Origin: Curvularia clavata
Taxonomy: Eukaryota
DNA length: 64,000 nucleotides
NCBI GenBank assembly: GCA_023920165.1
Contig: CP089277.1
Location: forward strand, 1,860,001 to 1,924,000
Reading direction: 5' to 3'
Part shown: piece by piece, positions 25,474 through 37,467 of the stretch
How the letters are laid out: each line of letters begins with the position of its first letter
Numbering within the stretch: the stretch's first letter is position 1
The notes under the pieces: generated by a model
What the model was told of the DNA's origin: nothing
The model's input: only the letters and a program-made list of their open reading frames with translations
Databases searched by the model: none
Translations under genes and position numbers: made by a program

Positions 25474-26312
25474 ATGAAGGCCTCATGCCTGTTTTTGTCC
25501 ATTGGCCTTGCTCATAGGGCTGTTTCCAGTCGCTGGCCACTTTTTTGTGGAGACCCAGCGACTGTCAGGGATTGTATTGAATGGTAGAATCATGAATCGC
25601 CAGAGAAGTCGTGCGAAGAGTTGCGCAGCTGTTTTACCACCACTCCAGAACAATTTCGCAAGTAGAATCCTTCCATTGGACTCGAATGCAAGGGGCGGAA
25701 TGATCAAATGTCATACTGCATTATCACGCAGGAACGACTGGACAATACGCCAAAAACATCGTCTTCGTCTTCATCTTCGAAAGTCTTTACAAGTATGACC
25801 ACCTCATCAACGCTAGCTCCTTCTCCTACTGCCTGGACCGAGAAAGGCTGTCATGAAGACAAACCGTGGCGCACTCTGGAGAAGAATCTCTGACCATTCC
25901 AAAACGTAAAGACACTTGCTATCGCCAGGGTTTTGAGGTCGCAGGTGTACAGGAAGACAACCAGTGCTGGTGCAGCAATTACATTGTGGGCGAGTTCGCA
26001 CCGAACGATTCGGATTGCAATATACCTTGCTCTGGAGACAAGACCACAATTTGTGGCGGAACGGAGCGTTTGATTGTGTTTCTGGCTAAGGAAAAGGAAG
26101 TTATTTTGTCTCATGTCACGTCCGCTAGGAGCAGTAGCATGACGACGTTTACTGCTGCCGTACCTAGCAGTACCACGACTACAGGCGCTACTGCTCTTGC
26201 TAGCAGTACCTTGAGTGTGGAAGGGGCCAGTACTAGCAAGACATCTGGAGCACGAAGGAATGCAATCATTTTCTGGCAGAATTGGAAGCATACCGCCCTG
26301 ATTCTCTCTTAA
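25474..26312 (+). pseudogene. Disrupted secreted LysM + WSC protein
   Basis: Signal-like MKASCLFLSIGLA; LysM-like DCIEW*...SCEELR...TPEQFRK*NPSIGLEC...SYCI with TAG at 25585 and 25663; Ser/Thr linker; WSC (KGCHED..RTL, CYRQGFEVAGVQEDNQCWC, CNIPCSGDKTTICGG) split by a frameshift near 25890. Confidence 0.8.
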
Positions 26313-27388
26313 ATCTGTTTTCATCATCTGTACAAGAATATTACTAAATCATATAATCCCAGACCCTCCTAGTCATTGCATGACTCCAGTTGATTCCTCA
26401 TGCAGCTCCATCGATGACTCACCAGGTACAAAGCACTTACAAAAAAACGTCGTGCCGGCACTTCACTCCAAACACATAATGGAGAACACGCCACAATACT
26501 TGGCAAGCCGACGTACTACCGTTTCCGCAATAAAGGAATAAAAAGGGCTTCAATTAAGCGGTGGCTATGACTCCATTCCCAGAAGGAGTCACCAACAGCC
26601 ACTTTCCAGACTGCCGTGCCGCAAGCATGCAGAAGTCTCGGGCTGGATATTACCTATCATTTCGCTCATGCACGGGTGTGGCGGGAACCGTAACGGTAAA
26701 TCTCAGGCACGGGAGAAAATAGCATTCTGAACGAGCTTTTCAATCGCGGCTTAAGTTTGCCGAGGGTTGGTTTCGCAATTGCAGTTATGATTGTGGTTGG
26801 TGGCGTGGTACTGCGGTTTGAATGGGAAAAAGGGCTTTCTTGACGTATACTGCATACTAACTCTACTGGAAGAAAAGGGGCATCCTGATTTTAGCACTCG
26901 GGTATATTTGCATATTGCTTGTTGATGAGGCCGGGTTAGATCGATTGAAATTCTTCGTGATATGTGAACATGTGGCTTTCCGTTCCGCAGTTACTTGCAA
27001 TTAACCCACTATCATGGGCTCGGAGCCAAAACTATGGATTCGTGTACTCTAGGATAGTCGGTCGGACACCCGAATGATGTAATTCGAGAATAAACGGAGC
27101 GGTTCTTGTTTCCCCTATACGTAGTATTTCTTCCATATACGGTGATACAATTCAATAAGCTTTTCTCTTCTTAAGAACCCCATTCTATTAAGAGTTCCTA
27201 TCACGATGCAGTTCTATCCTGATATGCATCGCGCTAGGGTCCCGAGATGCAAAAACGCAAAAAAAAAAAATGTCGACATTCATGTGCCACTGCAATTCCA
27301 AGAAAGGCGAATTTGAGATATCGCTGTGACAAGAAAGATTTGGTTGAGAGCAAAAGTAGTGCTGGAAAAGGAGAAGAAGATAGCGCTT

Positions 27389-28782
27389 CTACATGTTGAA
27401 TCTCGTCCTTTGCTTGTCCATACGGCCCTTCCACTGCCATTCTTGCCCACTCTTGAACTGGATGCCGCGGTCTATTCTGCGCAGTTTGAGCGTCATCCGG
27501 GGGCTGGTGGTTCCAAGTTAGCAAATGGAACATTCACTTTAAGAAAAGGAGAGACAACATACCCAATCTCCTGCATGCCCACCTTGATATCCTCAGCTCC
27601 AGGAATCGGTTTCCCATCCGTACCAAGGACAGGCTTTTCCGTCTCGCGCTTGTCGCGGAAGACGTAACGATGGCGTCGGACAAATATGTAATCGCGCTGG
27701 TTGTGCAGTGTGAGTACCTGACGGCCCTCCAGCTCGGGGTTGGCAGGGAACAGGTTCTTGAAGAGATGGGCAGTAAGAATACCAAGTGGGGTCTTGAACT
27801 GGTTCAGGATGAGCTCCGGGTAATGACCTGTGTCGTTTGCGTGGCGAGGCAGTTTCTTGCCTTCTACCCAATTTGAGACGCTAAAGTGGAAGTGAGGTCC
27901 ATGAGGGAGAGTGACGATGTCAAGGCCGTCAGGCTTCTTTTCATGCTGGGCTTGCATGAGAATGACAAGAGCGGTGTAACCTCTTGCAGCAGCAAAGCCG
28001 GCGATTTCTCGAACACTGTACTTGTGTGCGTGAGCGTGCTTGGTGCGGCGAATGTAGGTGCTGTTGGGAAAGATGGAGGTCAGGATCTCGGCTTCCTTAT
28101 GCAGTGACGAGTTGATGCTGGTTGTGATGAGGATCTGGGGCTCCCCAGCAGGAGGGTTGAAAATGGAAGGGAATTTCTGTTTAAGGAACTCGGGGGACAG
28201 CTCGAGGTTGGTCGCGGTAGATGTAGCACTGGGGCTGGACGCGCGCTTGGTGGGCTTGGAAGGCGCAGCGTCCGAGTCGAGGTCTGAATCATCTGAGTCT
28301 AATTCCGATTCGGAATCGTCGAGCATGCTATCTGCATCGTCGGAGTTGGGGTTGGAGTCGTCTTCATCCTCGTCGTCATCGTCGTTGTCGTCGTCGTCCT
28401 CATCGTCATCTTCCATAGCCTCATCCCTTTTCTTGAGCTTGGCCAATGTACCCTCCTCTTTTTGATTGTCGTCTTCGCCGCCTTCCTCATGCTCGACCTT
28501 TCTCCGCTTGGCTAGCCTCTCCACGTCTATGGCCCAGCCCAGCGCATCCTCCTCATCGCCCACAGGCTCGTCCCACACCCGCTTGCTATCAATGGTCGCA
28601 GGCTTGTTGTTTGCCAGACGCTCTGCGCGCAATTCGGGATTCTTGTCTTCCTCGCGCTTGCGACGGAGCCTTGCGTCTCGTTTCTCGGATTCGCGCGCCT
28701 TCTTGATGGCCAGGTGGGCGGCCTGTCGGCGCATCTTGTTCTTGGGCTTGAAGCCGGAAGCGACATTTTTGGGGGCAGTCAT
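27389..28782 (-). CDS. RPF1: Brix-domain ribosome biogenesis factor Rpf1; intron 27504-27562
   Basis: PATIDSKR, EPQILITTS, HYPELILNQFKTPLG, GRQVLTLHNQRDYIFVRRHRY, MQEIG|PRMTLKLR; acidic insert. Confidence 0.93.
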
Positions 28783-29082
28783 ATTGGAGTCGGCCTGTGG
28801 CTCTCGATATCGCTCTCAGCAGTCGAGAGTGTGGTGGGTGTTGGGTGAGCCGGAGGCGTTGCAGAGTGCTGGAGACTGTTGGCAGGCTTCACAACTTTTC
28901 TGTGGGGCAGCGGCCGAGCATGTCCCGGAAATCTTGGCGCGTCACACACTGCCTTCCATGATTTGCACGTGCGGCGACTTCACGAGAAATCCAATGGATT
29001 GTAAACTATCTGTGTAAATTTAGTGTAAATTCCCTTCGAATCGCTCGATCCCCGTGCTTGACACAGGGGACCGTCTTAATAT

Positions 29083-31388
29083 ATGCGCCAGCTCCAGGCA
29101 TTGCTGCGCGTCCCTCTGTCTATATCGCGGCCTTCTTTCCATACAACTAGACGGGCAGCTTGTGCCCCACCTCCGACTCATCCCACCAAGCACTTCTCAA
29201 CCACACCACCACGCTTCCGGTACAAGATCCCGCAGCGTAAGAAGCCCGTCATGCCGAGTGACACGACCACGTATAAGGGCAAGCCCTTTGAGCGTGCTGC
29301 TTTTGAGCAGCTCATGAAGGTATGCAAGCGCACATACACTACCTGGACTTCTGGACATTGTGTACTCATGCCGCCAATTGTAGCACAAGTACTTCTATGC
29401 GCCCTCGTTCGACATCTACGGCGGTGTTGCTGGTCTCTACGACTACGGCCCTCCCGGTTCTGCCCTGACCGACAACATTGTTGACATATGGCGTGAGCAC
29501 TTTGTGCTTGAGGAGGACATGCTCAAGGTTGAGCCCACCATTCTCACCACACACGATGTGCTCAAGACGTCGGGCCACGTCGACAAGTTCGCCGACTGGA
29601 TGTGCAAGGACCCAAAGACTGGCGAAATCTTCCGTGCTGATCACTTGGTCGAGGAAGTCCTCGAGGCCAGACTCAAGGGTGACAAGGAGGCTCGTGGCCA
29701 GAAGGTCGAGGTTGAGGAGGAGGACCCCAAGAAGAAAAAGAAGAAGGTCAAGAACATCACAGCTGTCAAGCTCGACGACGCTATGGTGCAGGAGATTGAA
29801 GAGGTTCTGGCTAAGATTGACAACTACAACGGCGAGGAGCTGGGTCTCCTGATGAAGAAGTACGACATCCGCAACCCCGCCACCAATGGCGAACTCCTGC
29901 CTCCTGTTTCCTTCAACCTCATGTTCCAGACTTCGATCGGACCCTCGTCGAACCTGCCCGCCTATCTACGACCAGAGACTGCTCAGGGTCAGTTCGTAAA
30001 CTTCCAGAAGCTGTTGGACCACAACATGCAACAGATGCCTTTTGCTTCTGCCTCCATTGGCAAGTCTTTCCGTAACGAAATCTCCCCTCGCCAGGGTCTC
30101 CTGCGTGTGCGCGAGTTCCTCATGGCCGAGATCGAGCACTTCGTCGATCCAGAGGGCGGCAAGAAGCACCCACGATTCCACGAGGTCAAGGACGTCGAGC
30201 TTGAACTCCTCAACCGTGATGTCCAGCTTTCTGGAAAGACTACAGTTGAGACCACAAAGATTGGCAAGGCCGTAGAAGCCGGCATCGTCGACAACGAGAC
30301 GCTTGGTTACTTCCTGGCCCGTATCCAGCTCTTCCTCCTTAAGATTGGTGTCGACCCGAAGAAGATCCGGTTCAGGCAACACATGGCCAACGAGATGGCT
30401 CACTACGCTGCCGACTGCTGGGATGCGGAGCTGCTCACATCATACGGCTGGATCGAGTGTGTTGGCTGCGCCGACCGAAGCGCATACGATCTTTCCGTGC
30501 ACATGAAGAAGACTGGTGCGCCTCTGATTGTCCGTGAAACAAGAAAGGAGCCGCTCAAGGTCGAGGAGTGGCAATGTGACATTGACAAGAAGAAGTTTGG
30601 CCCCAAGTTCAAGAAGGACGGTAAGGCGGTAGAGTCGGCCATTGAGGCCTTGTCACAAGATCTGCGCGAGAAGCTGTCACTGGATTTGGAAAAGGAGGGC
30701 AAGATTGTCATTGATGTCCCTGAAGTTGCCGATGGCAAGGTTGAGGTACCCAAAGAGCTGATCACTATTGAGAAGCGCACAAGGGTAGAGACGATGCGAG
30801 AATACACACCAAACGTCATTGAGCCATCCTTTGGTATTGGCCGTATTTTCTACGTAAGTAAATCGTTTTACCTAAGGAAAGGCCGTACTCACCATGTTTA
30901 GGCTCTCTGCGAGCACGTCTACTGGACCCGAGAGCAGGATGAAGCCCGTGCTGTGCTTTCCTTTCCTCCTGCGGTTGCACCAACAAAGGTGCTCATTGTC
31001 CCGCTCAGCTCCAACCCAGACTTCGATCCTTTCGTGAAGACGCTCAAGGACAGGCTCCGGAAGCTTGGTATCTCCAACCGTGTCGACGCCTCTGGTGCAT
31101 CAATTGGCAAGCGCTATGCAGTGAGTGTTGCACTTTCTACAAGTATTGAAACTGGTTCTAATGTTGATTCAGCGAAACGATGAGCTTGGTACTCCTCTCG
31201 GTATCACTGTTGATTTCCAGTCCATCAAGGACAACACCTTCACACTTCGCGACCGCGACACGACAGAGCAGGTTCGCTCAAGCTTGGACGACATCGCCCA
31301 GGCTATTTCAAACATTGTCAAGGGTGAGGAGACATGGTCTGATGTTGCCAAGCGCCTGCCCAAGTTTGAGGGTCAGGAAGTAGACTGA
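29083..31388 (+). CDS. GRS1: Glycyl-tRNA synthetase (alpha2 type), likely dual mitochondrial/cytosolic; introns 29320-29383, 30854-30901, 31121-31172
   Basis: SFDIYGGVAGLYDYGPPG, LRPETAQG, SFRNEISPRQGLLRVREF, GWIECVGCADRS, VIEPSFGIGR, SIGKRYARNDELG; two in-frame ATGs (29083, 29251). Confidence 0.97.
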
Positions 31389-32995
31389 GGGCTGTGTTAA
31401 ACGCTAGCCGCAAGAATTCTGGGGCTTAATCGACGCATAGGTGCCAATGTTCGCATCGTGGTTGCAGACCAAAAGCCGAGGACTGTCAATACAATAGATC
31501 GCCCATGTTTTTCTGTAGAAGAGACGGGGCTTGATTGAACCAATCAGTATCACGTTCGTGTCTGAGATTACTACGTCGGCTCAGCCGCGGATTGCTCATC
31601 TGGCTCATTTGTCGTTGATGATTATTGAACATGTACATGTGTGTGTGTGTGATAGTATAAGCAGCCTTGGTTTCATACCAAGGCTGTGTTTCCCCCTGCA
31701 GACGTCGTACCTACTCTGTAGAGCAGCGTCGATCAACCGGTCAAGACGGGTAAAAAGACGGGGCCCATGAAAAGCTAGAGGCAGCATGGAGCATGGTTAC
31801 GTCAGAAGGCCCAGATTCCTTCGTTTTGTCAATCCTGAGCAGATGTGATACCGCAGGTAACCCGACACGCAGTGCATGCTGCATCTTTGGCACCGGGATT
31901 CCGGGCCTTCTGGTGTTCCGGTTGGTGGGTGTAGACGAGGGTGTGGATATGGAGTGGACGATTAATACCGTAGGTGCCCGACGCAGAGTCTGGGGATAAA
32001 ATGCAGGCAGCCATGAGTCAGGGGCGTGGGACCAAGACCTAGAACTTTTGCATGTAAACTATAATCAGCGGAGGGGTAGCGCTATAGCGAGTATCCCACG
32101 ATTGTTCAGATAGCGGCTTTCTCAGTCTCCCGACTGGACTTTTTAGTGTTGGATGATGGTAACCAGAAGAAAGCCAGGCCCGCACGTATCGCAGAGAGGG
32201 TTCCCTTCCCACCTTCCGACAGTCTGGGCCGGTGTATGCGGGCGTACCTAGCCTCAAAGCTCCGAGGGCGTGGCTATGGCGGCTGAGAGGCCGAGAAGGG
32301 ACCGTGGCAGAGCCCCGAGCGTTGGGCTGGATGGACCCTCTGTCACTACTGACATTGGCATGAAGCATGCATGAGGCTGCTTGCTAGCCTGAAGTCTGTA
32401 CAGTAGGTATGCAGCGCCGGCGTGGGGCCATCACTGCGGCTTTCTTGAGATGCGCTGCGCTGCATGTAACGTTGCAATGGACGTCCCCGTGACGCCAAAC
32501 CTCGCCTTGAGACAAACCCATCTCTTTGCTCGAGGGTTTGTGCTTGTCATAGGCTACTTGGTGGTGAACAGCTCACTGCTCGAAACCGGCCATTTGTCAT
32601 GTAGGAAGCTTGGTCAGACGGCAGCTGACCACCAGACAGATGGACAGGCCGGTCGTGCGGCGTCCTCGCGAGCCGTGTTTTTTCCTCAACCCATTGCGGC
32701 CTTGACAAGGACATCGGCTGCCCGTCGCGGCCATGGACATGGTTTCCCACGCCGTCTGCAAGGCCCATCCATCCATATCCCCCAGCCTGGGATGCGTGCG
32801 CCCCCAACATCAATCGACCGTCGCTTAGCATGTGCAACCTCAGGTTCTAGCACCGGCTGCTCGAGAGGAACCCATTGGCAACGCGCACGTAAAGCCACCG
32901 CAAGCCCACTCTCTTGTTCATACCAATCTTTGTCCGCTTGACCTGCCCAGCGAGCGCCGTTCGGCCCCTCTGGAGCGTGTCGGCTTTCCGACGCC

Positions 32996-34416
32996 ATGGA
33001 CGAGGGACCGCCACCACCCGAAGACGTGGTTGCCCCTCACACAAGCCCTCCACTCAAACGCTCTCGAGCTGACTCGGAATCTTCAGTCTCGGTAGAGTCC
33101 ATGTATGCTGCTGTCTCTCTTATGTGTTTGCCACATCGCTGTATTGCTTGTGTCTGCCGGCCTCTGCGCTTCCTGCCACCCAATGCATACTCCATTGCCA
33201 CAGCACAAGAAGGATAACTGACAGTCATTGTAATAGTCGCTCTGTTCGCACATTGGCCTCTGGCGATTTGGAATATATCCACGAAAATGGGAGAACGTAC
33301 GCAAATGAGTCGTACTATTTGCCCTGCGTCTACAAGCCCAACAACGACTTTGTAGAGCAGGATCGCCTATCCTTGCAACACGAGATATTCGTTCGGGCAC
33401 TCAAAGGCAAACTGACCACTACCCGCCTACCCGCCTCTACAAGGAGAATCCTCGACCTAGGCACAGGACCAGGCCATTGGGCTGTTTCCATGGCACAACA
33501 ATACCCCCGTGCCGAAGTCGTTGGGATAGACATCACCGAATGGGACATTGAAACCACTGAGGCCACACTAGGCGAATCCAGAGTCACCTGGGAGCTCGAC
33601 GACCTAGATGTCTGGGGGCGAGAAATTGATGTCGACGACTTAATCGCAAAACTTGCTGAGATTGACCTGGCTACCAACATGATTCATCGGGATCCAATCG
33701 AATCACCTAAAAGATTCAACTACGAAACCGGACTAAGCGATGCGGCAAGTCCGTCGGATGAGTCGCTAACAATCGACCTGACTACGTTGACTCCTCAACC
33801 CGAGCCTGGCTGGCATTTCAGCGACACGTTCGATCTCATCCACCTCCGCAACATGAAGGGTACTTTTACCCACTGGGAAGGAGTTTATGCAGAGATATAT
33901 AAGAGCCTCTCTCCAGGCGGATGGATTGAGTTAGCGGACTGGGACCTGGGCCAAGTACCCCTCGGTCCTGGCGAAACAACGCCTGACAACATGGCCATGC
34001 CTACCTTGCGTAAGCTCTACGTCGCTTTCATGGAAGCGTCTTTCCGGTCTGGCCGACCCCTAGGCCTCTTCTACATGCACCCCAGCTATCTTGAGGAAGC
34101 CGGCTTCGAAGACATACAAACTACGCATGTCAATGTGCCCGTGGGACAGTGGCCGGAAGACGAGGCTCAGAAATCCCTTGGCAAAATGATGTTTGTTCTA
34201 GGCATGGAAATGTTTGAGCCAGTTTGCTTGCGCCTGTTAACACAGTGGGGCAGCAAGAACCGTACATGGACTGAAGAGGAGCTCAAGGCTGATGTGCGGC
34301 TCGCGCAGCAGGAGATCAGGGACTATGTTGAGCGTTCGGAGCGCGGTGAGGTGGAGGGTTGGTGTGCGAGCTTCAAGTGGGTTACTGCAAGGAAGAGCTG
34401 GCATGCTGATAAGTAG
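32996..34416 (+). CDS. LaeA-like SAM-dependent methyltransferase; intron 33103-33236
   Basis: ENGRTY, EQDRLSLQH, RILDLGTGPGHWA (motif I), VVGIDI, FDLIHLR, LSPGGWIELAD, LEEAGF, VPVGQWP. Confidence 0.88.
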
Positions 34417-34850
34417 AAGATATGGGTGCGACTGCGTAAGACAACGGTGGCTGTTTTTTTTTCTAATGCATTGTTAGGGTAAAAAGGGGTGTCGGTATTA
34501 ATTTTTCACTGAATAGGATGTTCGCAACGAGCTTGGAACCATGAGTCGTAAAATGAACGTTGGTGGGAAACCTGCCGTGGCTTTTCCTAGATCAAGCAAC
34601 GAGCAGTGGGTGGTATGTCTAGTATTATGATGATATATTGTTAACACGTGCCTTCAACCACTGCTCAATCCACTTTGTTTATTGCCATTTATTGAGGTTG
34701 GGCAAAACAACAACGTTACACATCCAAGACCGAAGTTAGTAAGACGCATCCGGGCAGCTTCGGAAGGTGGAGCCGTATCACCTACACATTATCATGATAC
34801 TACGCGTGGCATTATTTGCATACAAAAACACGTTAAATGTGGGATTGAAT

Positions 34851-35790
34851 ATGGAGACATCAACCGGACTTTCTGCAAACTCGCTCTTCAGCGTCAATGG
34901 CGTTGTCGCCGTCATCACAGGTGGCGGATCAGGTAGTCTACTCGGCATCGAGACAACCGAATCTGGCGCTGACTCTCATAGGTATCGGCCTAATGATGAC
35001 GAAAGCCCTGGCTGCGAATGGCGCACACCGTATCTACATCATTGGCCGCAGAGAAGATGTCCTAGTGAACGCGGCGAACAGCATCGACCCGAAAGTCGTT
35101 ATTCCCCTACCAGGTGACATAACGTCTCAAGAAAAACTACTCGAAATGGCGGCAAAGATCGAAGTCGAAACAGGTTACGTCAACCTTGTCATTGCAAATG
35201 CCGGTATAATGGGTCCAAGACCATTCAAAGCCGCCCCAGGCAGTCCCTTGCCCTCAATCAGCGAGTACCGAGCGCACGCCCTGCAAACACCCATGCAAGA
35301 TTTCACGCAAACCTACGCTGTAAACGTCACAGGCGTCTACTACACTGCCCTTGCTTTCCTCTCACTCCTCGATGCCGGCAACACTAAAGGCAATCTGGGC
35401 GCTGACACTCGCTCCCAAATCATAGCCACGTCCAGCATCGGCGGCTTCTCGCGCCTCGCAGGCGCTTCATTCGCATACAACAGCAGTAAAGCGGCAGTCA
35501 CGCATATGATGAAGATGATGGCTACGTCGTTCGCTCCCTATCGTATCCGCTGCAATGTGCTAGCCCCTGGCATCTTTCCGTCTGACATCACAACAGGTAT
35601 CATCGGGATCTTGGACCCGGAGCAGAGTGGAAGCGTGAGTGGGAGTGTGATACCAGCGGAGAGGACAGGCAGCGAGAAGGATCTTGCGGGGGCGGTGCTA
35701 TGGATGGCGGGATTGGCGGGGGCGTATTTGAATGGTAGTGTGATTGTGGTAGATGGGGGGAGACTGGGTATGCTGCCGTCGACCTATTAA
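34851..35790 (+). CDS. Short-chain dehydrogenase/reductase; intron 34933-34981
   Basis: VAVITGGGS|GIG, ANAGI, YNSSKAA (YxxxK), IRCNVLAPG, VVDGG. Confidence 0.92.
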
Positions 35791-36087
35791 CGGGGTTTCT
35801 TGTGATTTACTTGTTTTGTTCTGTTGAAGGAGCATGCAGATTACGAATAAATACAGAATGACTAGTTATGGATTATTTTAGTATATCGCAACTAGAGCAG
35901 TCAACAAAGTAGTCCAACACAAGCACGTGCTATGACGCAGCATTCGCGCTAGCGGCAGCGGCCCGTGCCATGCCTGCCGATGCGGAGTTGAAGCCACACC
36001 TCCGAAAGAAAGTCTACTATTACGACGGCTACCCATTCGTCCCATTTCTATGAACGATGCACGTGTGACCCGAACCTTGTATCTAGT

Positions 36088-37170
36088 ATGCCTGTGCAAA
36101 CACACAGGCGCAGCTCTAATGAGCTTATCCATTCGCCCGGCTTTCTCGGTGCTGTAGCACGCTTTTGGCAGGTGTGTGGTCTTGTCAACATCCTGGGCCT
36201 TTTGAAAGCTAACAGGGCCTTTTGGGGTACAAGTAGCGCTCGTATGCTTCGGATTATGTTGGAATAGCGATGCTAGTATGCGGATACATAGGAGTACGTG
36301 GACAACAAGACTAAAAGGCCAGGATACTGGGAAACATACTTACACACTCTGCAGCTACAATTGTTCGCCGAACCCTTCCATCGCATGTTCTTCCTCGATA
36401 ACCTCGCTATCAACTACCCCCATGCCGAAATCGAGCGTGTGTCCGTAGCCTGGCTGTTCATCTACGCGGGGGCCGTGCCCCTTGGCATACTCGTCGTATG
36501 GGCACTCGCATTCCGCCCAGGGACACACAAAGCGCACGTCACCATCCTCGGGCTGGTGATCAGTCTGATCCTCACGAGCTTCATCACGGACGTGATCAAG
36601 AACGCCGTCGGTAGACCCCGACCAGACCTCATTGCACGATGCAAGCCCGCGCCTGGCACGCCCGCCCACCAGCTCGTCACATACGAAATTTGTACCGAAA
36701 CCGACCATCATACCCTGCATGACGGGTGGCGCAGCTTTCCCAGCGGGCATAGCAGCTTCGCCTTCAGCGGCCTAGGATACCTTTCCCTCTTTATCGCTGG
36801 CCAATGCCACGTTTACCGTCCCCGCGCCGACCTCGCTCGCGTCTTGTTAGCCCTCATGCCCCTACTCGGCGCCGCTCTCATCGCCATCTCCCGCTGTGAA
36901 GACTACAGACACGATGTTTATGACGTTACTGTCGGATCGCTAATTGGAATGACGATTGCCCATTACACATACAGGAGGTATTATCCTGCGCTAAGGCACC
37001 GGCTGTGTGCTACGCCGTTCCCTAATCCAGCGGATGATAAGGGGTGGGGGAAGGTCAAGGGAGATGAGGAGAGTTTGAGGGATGTGCAGGAGTTTGAGTT
37101 GAGTGAGTTTGAGGAGGAGGGGGAAGAGAGTGAGGGGAGGTTGTTGAATGGAGGGAGAAGACAGGCTTGA
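36088..37170 (+). CDS. DPP1: PAP2-family lipid phosphate phosphatase (Dpp1/Lpp1-like); introns 36172-36236, 36294-36354
   Basis: C1 KNAVGRPRP, C2 SFPSGHSS, C3 SRCEDYRHDVYD; several TM helices. Confidence 0.88.
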
Positions 37171-37467
37171 TGAGTACGTGGTGATATTAACTCTTCATGA
37201 TTTGGATGAAGGTGTTGAATGCCTGCAAAAACAACCCATAGGTCATGTAGACGGGCAGAAACCTAGGGCTCGCAGTTGTAAGGCACTGGCTGTTTGTTTA
37301 GTCTCCGTAGAGGGCCAAACGGTATTTTTCCTATGATTACGACCTGTGGAGTTAGATGACTTGAAGTAATCGTTAGCGACTTCAGTAACGAAGCTGAACA
37401 ATTGTAGAAAATCGTAGTTGATGGGGTATGTGCAAACAACTACGCAGAACTCAAAACATTTTCAGGC

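Noticed and set aside
32996..37170. Methyltransferase + SDR + phosphatase as a secondary-metabolite cluster
   Set aside because: No PKS, NRPS or terpene synthase and no transporter in the window
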